Position numbers and translations under genes: made by a program
The notes under the pieces: generated by a model
What the model was told of the DNA's origin: nothing
Database searches by the model: none
Seen by the model: the letters and a program-made list of their open reading frames with translations, nothing else
Part shown: positions 48,689-58,679 of the stretch, in pieces
Layout: the number at the start of each line of letters is the position of its first letter
How positions within the stretch are numbered: the first letter of the stretch is position 1
Source: a virus
Virus record (IMG/VR): IMGVR_UViG_3300043788_000040
Coordinates: 64,001-128,000 of that record
DNA length: 64,000 bases
Strand: one strand, 5' to 3'

Positions 48689-49414
48689 TTATCGGCTCTC
48701 CCTTTCAATTTGAACTCGGAATTTGTTGTAGGCGACGCTGAACGCTTGCTTCTCGTCTAGTTCGCCGTCTTGGTAGTAGTTCTCGGGGGCTTCGGACTTG
48801 TACGTGATAATGCGTGCCCGAATCATAGCATCAACCTCGCTGGTGTTGTCCGTGATCGGGGCGGGGGCTGCGCTGCCGCTTGCTTGCACCGCTGGTTTCG
48901 GCTGGCGTGCGGAGCCGTCAAAGTTCAGGTTGTGCGAGGCGGCTGCGCCAGAAGCGATCACAGTCACGACGGCTGCTGCCAAACCCATCATCTGGATACA
49001 ATCAGGTCCAAAGCCGGATGCGATAGACTCAGGCACGGTCAGCTTTTTACCGCAGCGACCGCACTTGCCTTCGTGCCAGACTTCAAAGCCGCACATGGTG
49101 TCCGCTTGGAGCGATTCAAAAACAAATTGGAAGCCGACGAGGGACGGCGCATCTTGGGCGACCTTGGACTTTCCAGTCCAACGAAATTGGTTGTTCTTGA
49201 TCATGCCGATGTACTTGTAGTTCGCCCAATTGTCGGGTCCCATCAGGAGACTCACGAACCAAGTGTCGGTGTCGTTCGGGTTGCGCTTGTCGGCTTGCTC
49301 AATTTTGTAGGTATAGCGGTTACCGCTCTTGAGGCTCACGAGGGTGACGAATGCTTTGCCGCCAAGAATGAAGGTCAAGGCTGCCTTTGGGTCGGTGATT
49401 TGTCCCTGCGTCAT
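48689..49414 (-). CDS. DUF6011-like zinc-finger protein
   Basis: CGRCGKKLTVPESIASGFGPDC; GGAGG RBS before ATG at 49414. Confidence 0.8.
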   Translation of the reverse strand: MTQGQITDPKAALTFILGGKAFVTLVSLKSGNRYTYKIEQADKRNPNDTDTWFVSLLMGPDNWANYKYIGMIKNNQFRWTGKSKVAQDAPSLVGFQFVFESLQADTMCGFEVWHEGKCGRCGKKLTVPESIASGFGPDCIQMMGLAAAVVTVIASGAAASHNLNFDGSARQPKPAVQASGSAAPAPITDNTSEVDAMIRARIITYKSEAPENYYQDGELDEKQAFSVAYNKFRVQIERESR

Positions 49415-49518
49415 TGTTTCCCTCCACATGAAGTATACAGCGGGGCACTCGGAAACGTCCATTTTCATGTCTTTTATTTTCAACAGTTTGCAACTAAAAA
49501 CGTCACCGGGGCGCTGAA

Positions 49519-50241
49519 GTGCATCTTATGGGTATGAGAACGTTCGCAGCGCTTATGCTTCTTCTGTGCTTCCCCGCCGTTGTGACGGCTCGGAAACACC
49601 AGAAGCGCAAGCCCGTGATAGTGGACAACCGCTTATTCGTGGGCACGTCCGAGAGCTTGATCTCGCAGAACGAGGCGATAGATGCGATGGGTCTCCCCCG
49701 CATCCGTGATGATAAGCAGCTTCGGTCGCTGATCGGTGAAGAAGCACTCGTGCCTGTGACCTTGAACCAGTACGTCATAATCTCCCCTAAACTGGAAGTG
49801 AAGCGCCGCTACGTCAATCCACTCGTCAATGAGTTCCTTCAGGAACTCGGGCAAGAATACTATGCACAGTTCGGTAAGCCGATCCAAGTCAATTCCGCTG
49901 TCCGTACTGTGCGAACACAGCTAAGTCTCCTGCGCTGGAACCGCAATGCGGCTCCCATTCACGGAGAAAAAGCAAGCGCACACCTCGCAGGCGTCGCAGT
50001 GGACTTGCAGCGCCGAGGTTTGACGACGGAACAGATCAGGTTCCTTCAGCAAAAGCTCTTGCCTTTCGCAAGGGCGGACATGATAATCGTTGAGGAAGAA
50101 ATAAAGGAACCGTGCTTTCATATCGTGGTGACAGGGAACTATCCGAACCCGCTGCCTCCCGATTTGCCGACCGCATTGCCGTTTATTGACCCGCTGCTCT
50201 TGCAGCAAACCCAACCGGAGGCACCGAATGAACTTCACTAA
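49519..50241 (+). CDS. Secreted M15-peptidase-like (DUF5715-like) protein, candidate cell-wall hydrolase
   Basis: Signal peptide; NSAVRT...SAHLAGVAVDL...CFHI zinc-peptidase pattern. Confidence 0.7.
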   Translation: MHLMGMRTFAALMLLLCFPAVVTARKHQKRKPVIVDNRLFVGTSESLISQNEAIDAMGLPRIRDDKQLRSLIGEEALVPVTLNQYVIISPKLEVKRRYVNPLVNEFLQELGQEYYAQFGKPIQVNSAVRTVRTQLSLLRWNRNAAPIHGEKASAHLAGVAVDLQRRGLTTEQIRFLQQKLLPFARADMIIVEEEIKEPCFHIVVTGNYPNPLPPDLPTALPFIDPLLLQQTQPEAPNELH

Positions 50242-52488
50242 AATTCCGACGAACCACGTCTGGACGGGAGAACAGATTCAGGAACTCCTAGACACACAGG
50301 TCAAGTACAAAGACTGGGTCTTCGTCGTGCAGGAAGAAAAAGTCGCCGAGACGATTGAGTTGCTGGGGTCGGGCGTCACCATCGCTGGCGACATTGACAT
50401 CCACATCCGTGCCGAGTGGTTTGCCCCGGATAATGTCACCGGAGAGATGGGAAAGCAGACGTCACGCTGGTGGAGGGTGTCAAAGCATTCCCGCAAGAAT
50501 GAGATCATCGCCGCAGCCTTTGCGTGCATCCAAAGAGCAGAGGAGCACGAGATGCGTGAGTGCTTCAAGTACCTGTTTAAGGGCCAGTGGACGATGCCGT
50601 ACAACACCCACACCGACGTGGACGAGCTTGCCGACGCTTCGCTGCACTTGGACGTTCGCACCGACACTCGCCCGGAAGCGCCGAAGAACCAGAGGAGAGA
50701 TTGATGTTCACCCACGGGGAACAACTGGCGCATGGCGAGAAGCTTGTCGCTGTGGCTGGGAAATGGGCGGAAGAAAAGGGCTTCGGTTCAACGAAGACTG
50801 TTTACGCCAAAACCTTCGCAGCGGCGCTCTCTGCTGTACAGGACATGGGGCCGAGCATGCTCACCTTTGACGAGATGAGAGAGCTTACCGAAGTCCTTGC
50901 AAAGGTGGAGTGATGGAAGACGGACACAGTTGCCAGACGATTTTGGCACGCAGGATGGCGGAACAATTCTACGACATCCCCATCGCTGTAACCGTGTTTG
51001 GCGACAAAGTTTACGGGGCGTATATCGGCAACTGGAGGCCCTATGAGTTGACCGCCTATACGCCGATGATTGCGACGCTGGCAATTGAGATGGGGCTGTT
51101 TAGCAACTCGCAGCCCGGCGAGATTGACGGCAAAGAAGTGACATGGTGGAGGAACCGACGTGCCTAATTGCCCAGTAAAGACGTTAGCTGAACGGATGGA
51201 TGATGAGCACAACCCCAGCACTCGCTGGGAGTTCATCGTAGGCAAGGCGCTGAAGGATTGGGCGACGGCTCTGATGCAGTTCGGCATGACCCGAGACGAG
51301 GCACGAGTGCATGTGCTCTCCGAGATCAAGCGTGAAACAGAGCGTATCAAGTTTGATTACGAGGAAAAGAAGAAGGGAGGATTAGTAAAATGAACGGCTT
51401 CAAAATTGAACTCAACGAGTTCGTGGCGAGCGCCTTGCTTATCACCATCGCGGCGGTTACCGTGGGCTACTGGCAGACGCACCGACCCGCAGAGGTCATC
51501 AAGGAGGCGACGGTCAAGGTGGAGACGCAGTACATCCCCGCCCCAGCGGCGAAGGTCAATGTCCGCGTGATCTACCCGAAACTGAAGCCTCAGACGGACA
51601 TGTTCATTCAGCCGACCCCGCAGGATCAGTTGAACCTGCCGCCGACGCAACCATTGCCGCAGGCGCAGCCAAGGGTTTGGAACAACGACAACATGCTTCG
51701 CGCCTCCGATCCGCCGACGTTTGAACATCGGACGCCGAAGATTACGGCATCGCTCAGGGACAGTCAGTGAAGCCGGAAACCCACATCACGACCGTCTCGT
51801 CGCCCCACTGGGGGCCGGGCGACGATTACGAGGTGGTTGAGGTGCAAGTATTTGACCTCCCGGCGCGGACCCCCGTTCGCATAACCGTGGTACCTCTCTC
51901 GCAGGAGGAGTATAATTCGTACCTTGAGGGGAAGACGGACGCAGCGGGCAATGAGATCAAGAAGGCGAGTCGTGGAAGAAAAAGAGCTAAAAGCTAAGCT
52001 GAAGGAACTTGACGACAAACTTGCCGTGCTGTCGGGCGAGATTGAAGACATGCAGTACGAAGCCGAGGCGCTGCTGAAGAAGCGTCGGGCGTTCGCACGC
52101 CGGAACTGCAAGCACCAACGCACCCGCCAACGCAGCGTGATGGGCAAAGAGATCGTCACCTACTGCGACATCTGCGACGAAGAACTATAAAGCCCCTACA
52201 ATCCCCTAATCTTTTTGCCTTCCCGCATCCTTTGGTAGGGGGAAGCGCATGAACCGCATCACCCACTTCATAAACTCGGAGTGCGAAATCTACATCACCC
52301 GAGTCGCCGAAAACGGCGTGAGAATCCGCATAGCAGAGAAAGACACCAGCCTGCCCGACCCCACCGACTTTGAAATAGAGGGAAATCCTGCATATATCGC
52401 TGAAGCGTTCGCATCGCTCGCGTCAGTTTTGAGAAGCCTTGACCAGATACTCAAGGAACCTTCGTGATCTCAGTTCAGGAGATGTCCT

Positions 52489-53187
52489 ATCCGTTCGAAG
52501 CATAAGAAGTCGCACGATAAACCGCACGAAAAGCCATCGTTCACCGTACGCAGATCATTCGCCCCACTCAACGACTCCCAACGTGAATACGTTGCCGCCA
52601 TCGGTGAGGGCGGCATTCTGTTTGGCGTCGGTCCCGCAGGTACAGGGAAGACATACGCCGCTGTTGCCATGGCTCTCGCGGCTCTCAACGCCGGGCGCGT
52701 GAAGAGGATTATTTTCACTCGTCCCGCCATTGAAGCTGGGGAAAAGCTGGGGTTTCTTCCCGGCACCATGCAGGAAAAAGTAGACCCCTACATGCGCCCA
52801 CTTTTTGATGCCCTACATGACATGGTGGACAACGAAGAACTTCTCAAGATGATGGCCGGGGGCATCATTGAAATCGCCCCTCTGGCTTTCATGCGGGGTC
52901 GGACTTTGAGCAAGGCCTTCGTCATTTTGGACGAGGCGCAGAACACCACCAGCGAGCAGATGAAGATGTTCCTGACTCGTTTGGGGTTTGGCTCGCAGAT
53001 GGTGATCACCGGGGATGTCACCCAAGTGGACTTGCCCAACGGGAAAGTGTCTGGTCTGGTTGAGGCAGTAGAACTGTTCAAGGACGTGCCGGAGATCGGC
53101 ATCTTCCATTTCAACGCTACGGATGTCGTCCGTAACGCCCTTGTACAGGTGGTGGTCAACACTTACGAGAGTAAGCGCTCGCGTTAG
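52489..53187 (+). CDS. phoH: PhoH-family ATPase (probable ATC start)
   Basis: GPAGTGKT upstream of first [38 protein letters not shown]. Confidence 0.9.
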   Translation: MRSKHKKSHDKPHEKPSFTVRRSFAPLNDSQREYVAAIGEGGILFGVGPAGTGKTYAAVAMALAALNAGRVKRIIFTRPAIEAGEKLGFLPGTMQEKVDPYMRPLFDALHDMVDNEELLKMMAGGIIEIAPLAFMRGRTLSKAFVILDEAQNTTSEQMKMFLTRLGFGSQMVITGDVTQVDLPNGKVSGLVEAVELFKDVPEIGIFHFNATDVVRNALVQVVVNTYESKRSR

Positions 53188-53483
53188 AAAATGAACGTGC
53201 CCGTGACGATGTAGTCTGTCGCGGCAAGCAAAGCGGATGAAAAGGTCAGCGTAATCGAGTCTGTCAATCCAATTGCTCCTGTGACCGTGATCGTGTTGTC
53301 TGAACAATTCAGATTTGTCACGCTAGTGGGCATGAGGGCCATGGCTGTGAAGCCATCAGAGATAGTTTGACCAGTGGGGGAAGCATAGCTGAGTGCTGCC
53401 GTGCCGAGTGAGATGGTGATGGACGTTGCAGACCCGTCACCGTGCAATTGGACGCCGAAGTTGATGGACTGTTTGATAGCCAT
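53184..53483 (-). CDS. Small structural protein
   Basis: Beta-rich; N-terminus similar to the 53485-54693 product. Confidence 0.6.
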   Translation of the reverse strand: MAIKQSINFGVQLHGDGSATSITISLGTAALSYASPTGQTISDGFTAMALMPTSVTNLNCSDNTITVTGAIGLTDSITLTFSSALLAATDYIVTGTFIF

Positions 53484-53484
53484 T

Positions 53485-54693
53485 TTAGTATTCGTACCCG
53501 CAGATGGTGACGTTGAGGATGTTGGTTGTCGCCTGATCCAAGTGACTGACGCCGATAGTCTGCGTACCGTTGCCGAAGAACTCGATGCCGTCTGGAATAT
53601 CTATGACAACCTCGCCGCCTGAACCCGACGTGGCGTTCAGCGTATTTGCTTCAGGCACCAAGTACGCGATGGGGCTGGCAGCAGTAGTGGCTCCAGCGGT
53701 GTTGTGGCGCAGAGCGATGCGTGAAAACGCGATAGCAGCCGCACCGGAACGCACGCTTACACCGATTGATGTGATGCGAAGAGTCTTGCCGGATGTGATT
53801 GTGTAACTGGTGACGCCAGCCGTGTTGACGCCCTGCTTGTTTTGAGCCATGGACAGCAGAGCTTCAGCCGTGACGCCCGCTGCTGCGAGTGCGGTAAAGG
53901 AAACGTAGGTACGACCCGAATCCTTCATGTCCTGCGTGGTGAGCGCACGTGCGCCCTGCGTTGCCTTGGCGACGGTGTTGACCGCGTTACCGCCAGCCGC
54001 ATCGTCCAGTGTCATGTGCAGGTTCGCACCGTTAGCTTGTCCCACGGTGGGAACAGGCTCTACGCTGACGTCGTTCCCCTCCATGATGAACGTGACGGTG
54101 CCCGTTCCGGTAAGCTGCGGATTGAGGCGTAGACGCATGTAGGATAGACCTGCTACGTCGAACTGGATAGCGCGGCTGCCGACGCCGTTTGTCCAGCCTG
54201 TAAGTGCGGTGTAGCCGTCAGCGATGGCTCCTTGAATTGGAAACCAAGCTGCGCCGTCTTGTGAAACTTCAAAAAGAATTGTGCCGCCCGTGATAGAGCC
54301 GCTGACCACGAATCCTACTTCAACGGAATTTGAACCAGACAACGGCAGAGTCCATGTGGTGTTGAGAGCAGTGGCACTTGTCCAAGCAGCCGTGGTGCCT
54401 TGCAAAGTGCCAGAGTTGAAGAACAGTCCAACGAAAGCTGTGCCCTGACCAGACCAAGCCGAGGGGAAAGACAGAATCAGGTTGCCAAAGCCGTCGAGGG
54501 AGGCTGATCCGCCAGCCGGAAGTGCTCCGACTACGTTGTTCAGAGTCGCGCTGTTCGGGAGAGTTCCAGGGTTGACAACTTGCCCAGAGTCCAACACAAG
54601 CTGAAACAGTTTCGCGAAGCTGTACGTGAAAGAAGTAGCGACGTTGTCGCCATTCAATAAAATTTCTACTGTGACCACTTGCTGGATCGCCAT
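53485..54693 (-). CDS. Fibre/decoration-like protein
   Basis: Shares W.SATA.NT module and KDSGRT...YT.T.GKT.R...GYEY C-terminal domain with neighbour. Confidence 0.7.
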   Translation of the reverse strand: MAIQQVVTVEILLNGDNVATSFTYSFAKLFQLVLDSGQVVNPGTLPNSATLNNVVGALPAGGSASLDGFGNLILSFPSAWSGQGTAFVGLFFNSGTLQGTTAAWTSATALNTTWTLPLSGSNSVEVGFVVSGSITGGTILFEVSQDGAAWFPIQGAIADGYTALTGWTNGVGSRAIQFDVAGLSYMRLRLNPQLTGTGTVTFIMEGNDVSVEPVPTVGQANGANLHMTLDDAAGGNAVNTVAKATQGARALTTQDMKDSGRTYVSFTALAAAGVTAEALLSMAQNKQGVNTAGVTSYTITSGKTLRITSIGVSVRSGAAAIAFSRIALRHNTAGATTAASPIAYLVPEANTLNATSGSGGEVVIDIPDGIEFFGNGTQTIGVSHLDQATTNILNVTICGYEY

Positions 54694-54769
54694 AGTGTTT
54701 GACTGCCTCCTGCCCAAGGAACGTAAAGTGCGCCGACGCATCGGCTTGCGACAAGGGCAAACTTAGGGA

Positions 54770-56767
54770 TTAGTATTCGTACCCCACGACGCACACAGTC
54801 GCGTTGCCAGTGTTCACCTGCGAAAGTGTGCTGATGCCCACTTGCTGACCAGCCGCTATTTCTAATCCATCTGGAAAAACTTGCTCGGCGTTGCCTACGT
54901 CAGCCGTGCCTGAGGTCGTAGATGGAGAGGCGAATAGGGTGCAGTAAATCGGCGAGGTGACGAGGACAGCCGCAGCAGCGCGGATGCGTGCTTTGACTGC
55001 GCCGATGCCAGTATTGACTTGCGAAGCCAGCGTCATGCTCTGCATGCGGAACGTTTTACCAGCCGTCACGGTGTACGAAGTTCCCGTTGTCGTTGCACCG
55101 TTCTTGGTGATGCTCATCGTCTGCAAAGCTTCCGCCGCTGGGGCTGTAACGTTGTCGATATACAACACCACTACGGTGCGACCAGAGTCCTTGAGTTCTT
55201 GCACCTTGGTCGGTGGTACTCCGTTGGATTGTGCCGCGAAACCAACGGTGACCGTGCCCGTCCCTGTGATAGCTGGGCTGAGTCGGACGCGGAAGTATTG
55301 CCAGCCTCCGATGTTGAACTTGAAGGAGATGTAGGTGCTGGCTTGGAACGTGTAGGACTGGATGTCATTGCCGTCAGCGGCATAGTTGACACCTGAGGCT
55401 GCGACCCAGTTGGCGTTATCGTTGCTGACTTCGAAGTTGGCAGCACCACCCGTGATCGTCGTCGTCTGGTTGAAAGTGACTAGGATAGTGTTGTACGAAA
55501 AGTTCGCACTGAGCAGGGTGACGGCTGTATTGTTCGCTGTGGCAGATGTCCAAGATGCAGCGGCGGTGTTGCTAGTGCCGCTGTTCGCTTCCTTCAAAGC
55601 ACCAATGGCGTCAACCTGCAAGGGCGATACGTTACCCGTGGTGATTGTAGTGGGGGTCGTGTTGAACTGTCCGGCGATCAGAAGCTCGTTGGCAGGAGAG
55701 GCTGCGTTTTGACCCGCAGCATCCATCGCCGCGCCCGTATTTCCGACAATGCCAACCTTCTGCACACCAGCCGCAGCCGTTACGACAGCCACACCTGCCA
55801 CTGCTTGCAGATCGTGATTGAGTGCGCCGTGTAAATCGGTAACGGGCAGGACTTGATCGCCTGTCGTGTAAGTGACAGTCGTGTACGCGGTCTCAGCAAT
55901 CGCAGGCAGTACGCCAAGATTTTGAGCGTTCGGAGCCGCGTTATTGTTGGTCAAGTTGCCAACGACTGTGAACGGTGCGGCTGGGTTTGTCACATTGACG
56001 TTCAGCGACGTGCCTGTCGCGGTGATCCCGGTGACGCCAGCGAACAGAGAAGAGTTGACGGCTGGAACTGCAACGGCTGCTGGAGCCGATCCGAAGTTTA
56101 CAATCGCCGTGGCACCGAGTGCTGTACCTGCGACAGCTTGCAAATCTTGGTTGAGAGCACCGTGCAGGTCCGTGACGGGAAGCACCATGTCGCCCGTGGT
56201 GTAGGTGACGGTCGTGTACGCAGTCTCAGCAATAGCACCCAGTACGCCAACTAGCGTTGCGGTAGGAGCCGCGTTGTTGTTCGTTAGGTTTCCGTCAACG
56301 ACCCATGGGGTTGTGCTCTGCGTGACACCCACGGTCCCTGAGATTGCTGTCGTGGAGAGGGAACTGACAAACGAGTCAGCGGAGTATCCGATGGTGACCG
56401 TTCCCGTGCCTGTGATTGCCGAACTAAGAAGAACTTGAAAATACGGAATGGCGGTTAGGTTAAACTGGAAGACCGCGTAGGTGTTCGCTTGAAGCGTGTA
56501 CGTAGCTCCCACCAACGCCAGCGTGGAGGTGTTGAATCCTTGAAGGTTGAAGAAGTTTACGCCGTCGAAGCTGCCCTGAAATGTGACCACGCCGCCTGTG
56601 ATCGTGGTGGTCTGTGACAGGGAAATGTTCAGGGTGTTGTAGGAGATGTCATTGCTGACCAGCGAGGCGACTGTGTTGAGAGCAGTGCTGCTGTTCCACG
56701 CGACAAACGAAGGGTTCTGCGAACCTACGCTGATACTTGCCGTGATGGAATACTGTGACTCAGGCAT
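54770..56767 (-). CDS. Fibre-like repeat protein
   Basis: Repeats GNLTNNNAAP...AETAYTTVTYTTGD.VLPVTDLHGALN.DLQAVAG. Confidence 0.75.
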   Translation of the reverse strand: MPESQYSITASISVGSQNPSFVAWNSSTALNTVASLVSNDISYNTLNISLSQTTTITGGVVTFQGSFDGVNFFNLQGFNTSTLALVGATYTLQANTYAVFQFNLTAIPYFQVLLSSAITGTGTVTIGYSADSFVSSLSTTAISGTVGVTQSTTPWVVDGNLTNNNAAPTATLVGVLGAIAETAYTTVTYTTGDMVLPVTDLHGALNQDLQAVAGTALGATAIVNFGSAPAAVAVPAVNSSLFAGVTGITATGTSLNVNVTNPAAPFTVVGNLTNNNAAPNAQNLGVLPAIAETAYTTVTYTTGDQVLPVTDLHGALNHDLQAVAGVAVVTAAAGVQKVGIVGNTGAAMDAAGQNAASPANELLIAGQFNTTPTTITTGNVSPLQVDAIGALKEANSGTSNTAAASWTSATANNTAVTLLSANFSYNTILVTFNQTTTITGGAANFEVSNDNANWVAASGVNYAADGNDIQSYTFQASTYISFKFNIGGWQYFRVRLSPAITGTGTVTVGFAAQSNGVPPTKVQELKDSGRTVVVLYIDNVTAPAAEALQTMSITKNGATTTGTSYTVTAGKTFRMQSMTLASQVNTGIGAVKARIRAAAAVLVTSPIYCTLFASPSTTSGTADVGNAEQVFPDGLEIAAGQQVGISTLSQVNTGNATVCVVGYEY

Positions 56768-56799
56768 TGGATAATCCCCTACAAATCCCTTAGAAAGTC

Positions 56800-56830
56800 A
56801 AAAGAAAAGGGGCACCTTGCGGTGCCCCTC
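56800..56830 (-). terminator. Intrinsic terminator
   Basis: AGGGGCACC-GCAA-GGTGCCCCT followed by TTTCTTTT on the minus strand. Confidence 0.85.
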
Positions 56831-56905
56831 GTCCGAATGCCTCAACTTCAAGGCACGCCCTGATAAAGATCAAAATTGATGACAGGCAGGATGGGTACGA
56901 TCAAG

Positions 56906-56990
56906 CGGAAGGCACCGGAGTTGAACCGGAGAGGTTTCCCTCCCATCGCTTTATCAGGGCGTGCTCAATGACCTATTGAGATTACCTTCC
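56906..56990 (-). tRNA. 8/4-fold tRNA-like gene (allo-tRNA/tRNA-Sec-like), anticodon GAT, G73, CCA not encoded
   Basis: GGAAGGTA/TGCCTTCC 8-bp acceptor, 6-bp D stem, CTGATAA loop, GGAGG-GAAA-CCTCT variable arm, CCGG-TTCAACT-CCGG. Confidence 0.75.
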
Positions 56991-57045
56991 GAGAGCAGCC
57001 CTGCCTGTCAAATGTCTAATACCCTCTCCCCAACAATTCAGCCGA

Positions 57046-58602
57046 TTAGATTGCAGCGGCTTCTTCTGACCAGCGGATGGAACCAAAAGCCTTGGAAGTA
57101 CCAGTGCCGAACTTCTGAGCGGCAAGGGTGTAGGTGTCTCCAGGTGCCCCGGCAGCCATGTACTGCAACAGCATGTCGGTGTGCGCGGGAGCCGAAGCAA
57201 GCATAGATGACCAAACCACGGTTCCGGTGCCGATAGTGACAGCAGTCGCCGTGACGTCACGCTTGATGTGCGAACCAGTCGGAATACCAGTCGCCGTGAA
57301 CGCTGCGCCCGTGAGGGTTTGGGGGTTCTTGATGAGCACGACCTTGACCTGCGAGCCGTCTCCGTACGCCTGAACCTCGCGGATAAGGAATGACTCCGTG
57401 GTTGAGTTGGACTGAATCGAGATCAGCGGTACCAGCGTGGCGTTCGGCAGTGTGATGAGGGTCGTGAAGCCGGAGTCGTCAGCGAAGTAGTTGATTGACT
57501 GGGCATACTGCTCATCCGCAGGAATCGTGACCAGCGAACCGCCCTGCGACACGCGCAGAAGTTCTTGGTCGCCAGCGGTGTAAGCCGGGAGGGTGACGGT
57601 CGGGAACGTGCCGGAGTCCGTGACTGCGATCAACGCGCCGATGTTGTTCGTAGTCGGAGCCGCGTTGTTGTTCGTCAGGTTGCCAGCGATTACCCAAGGC
57701 GTGGTGCCCTGCGTGACTGCGACCGTGCCGCCCGTGACATCCACGTTCAGGCTGGAGCCTGTCGCGGTGATGCCCGTGGTTCCGGCGAAGATTGAAACGT
57801 TCGCGCCGATTACGTTTGCAGCAGCGGGTGCCGTACCGAAGGCGGTAACAGCAGTCGCACCCAGTTGGACGCCAGCCGAAGCCTGCATGTCGTTGTTGAC
57901 TGCGCCATGGAGGTCGGTGACTGCCAGTACTTGGTTGCCCGTCGTGTAGGTGACGGTGTTGTAAGCGGTCTCAGCGATGAAGCCCAGCACGCCCATGTTG
58001 TCGGCAATCGGGGCTGCCGTGTTGTTAGACAGGTTGCCAGCAACCGTGACGGTAGTCGTGCTACCAGTCAGGTTGACGTTCAGCGCACCGCCCGTGTTCG
58101 TCAGAGCCGTGGTGCCTGAGAAGATTGAGGAGTTGACAGCCGGAACGTTTACAGCGGCCGGAGCCGAACCGAAGGCGACTACTGCGGTCGCGCCAAGCTG
58201 GACGCCAGCAACAGCCTGCAAGTCGTCATTGACTGCTCCATGCAAGTCGGTGGTCGCCAGAACTTGGAAGCCGTTCGTGTAGGTGTTGGTCGTGTACGCG
58301 GTTGAAGCAAGGAAGCCAAGCGTGCCGAGGTTGTCTGCAACGGGCGCTGCGTTGTTGTTCGTCAACGTGCCCATGACGTTCGTGGTGCCCGCGAACGTGG
58401 CGTTGACGTTTAGAAAGCCGTTTGGAGTGGACGAGAGCGGCTGGAAGTTGCCGTTGCTGTCCATGCTGCCGACTAGGATGCCCGATGTCGGGGACGCTGT
58501 GCCATTAGCAGCAAATAAAGGCGATTCGGTGTTGTTGTCGTACAACCCGGAGACTGTGACTGTCGTGTACTGGTCAGTTCCGGGGAATAGTGTCAATGGC
58601 AT
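57046..58602 (-). CDS. Fibre-like repeat protein
   Basis: Same NNNAAP/TDLHGA repeats as 54770-56767. Confidence 0.75.
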   Translation of the reverse strand: MPLTLFPGTDQYTTVTVSGLYDNNTESPLFAANGTASPTSGILVGSMDSNGNFQPLSSTPNGFLNVNATFAGTTNVMGTLTNNNAAPVADNLGTLGFLASTAYTTNTYTNGFQVLATTDLHGAVNDDLQAVAGVQLGATAVVAFGSAPAAVNVPAVNSSIFSGTTALTNTGGALNVNLTGSTTTVTVAGNLSNNTAAPIADNMGVLGFIAETAYNTVTYTTGNQVLAVTDLHGAVNNDMQASAGVQLGATAVTAFGTAPAAANVIGANVSIFAGTTGITATGSSLNVDVTGGTVAVTQGTTPWVIAGNLTNNNAAPTTNNIGALIAVTDSGTFPTVTLPAYTAGDQELLRVSQGGSLVTIPADEQYAQSINYFADDSGFTTLITLPNATLVPLISIQSNSTTESFLIREVQAYGDGSQVKVVLIKNPQTLTGAAFTATGIPTGSHIKRDVTATAVTIGTGTVVWSSMLASAPAHTDMLLQYMAAGAPGDTYTLAAQKFGTGTSKAFGSIRWSEEAAAI

Positions 58603-58679
58603 ATAGGGGAGTCCTCTCCAACTTCGGGTTCAAAATCGCTTCTATCTGAGGGAATGGTAGTCGAAAAAGGGCTATCTCG

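Noticed and set aside
56906-56990. Selenocysteine tRNA (selC)
   Set aside because: Sec-like acceptor start and D stem, but anticodon is GAT rather than TCA and the T stem is 4 bp rather than 5
54770-58602. CRISPR array or diversity-generating retroelement repeats
   Set aside because: Repeats are in-frame protein modules with synonymous variation; no repeat-spacer periodicity, adenine-specific variation or reverse transcriptase seen
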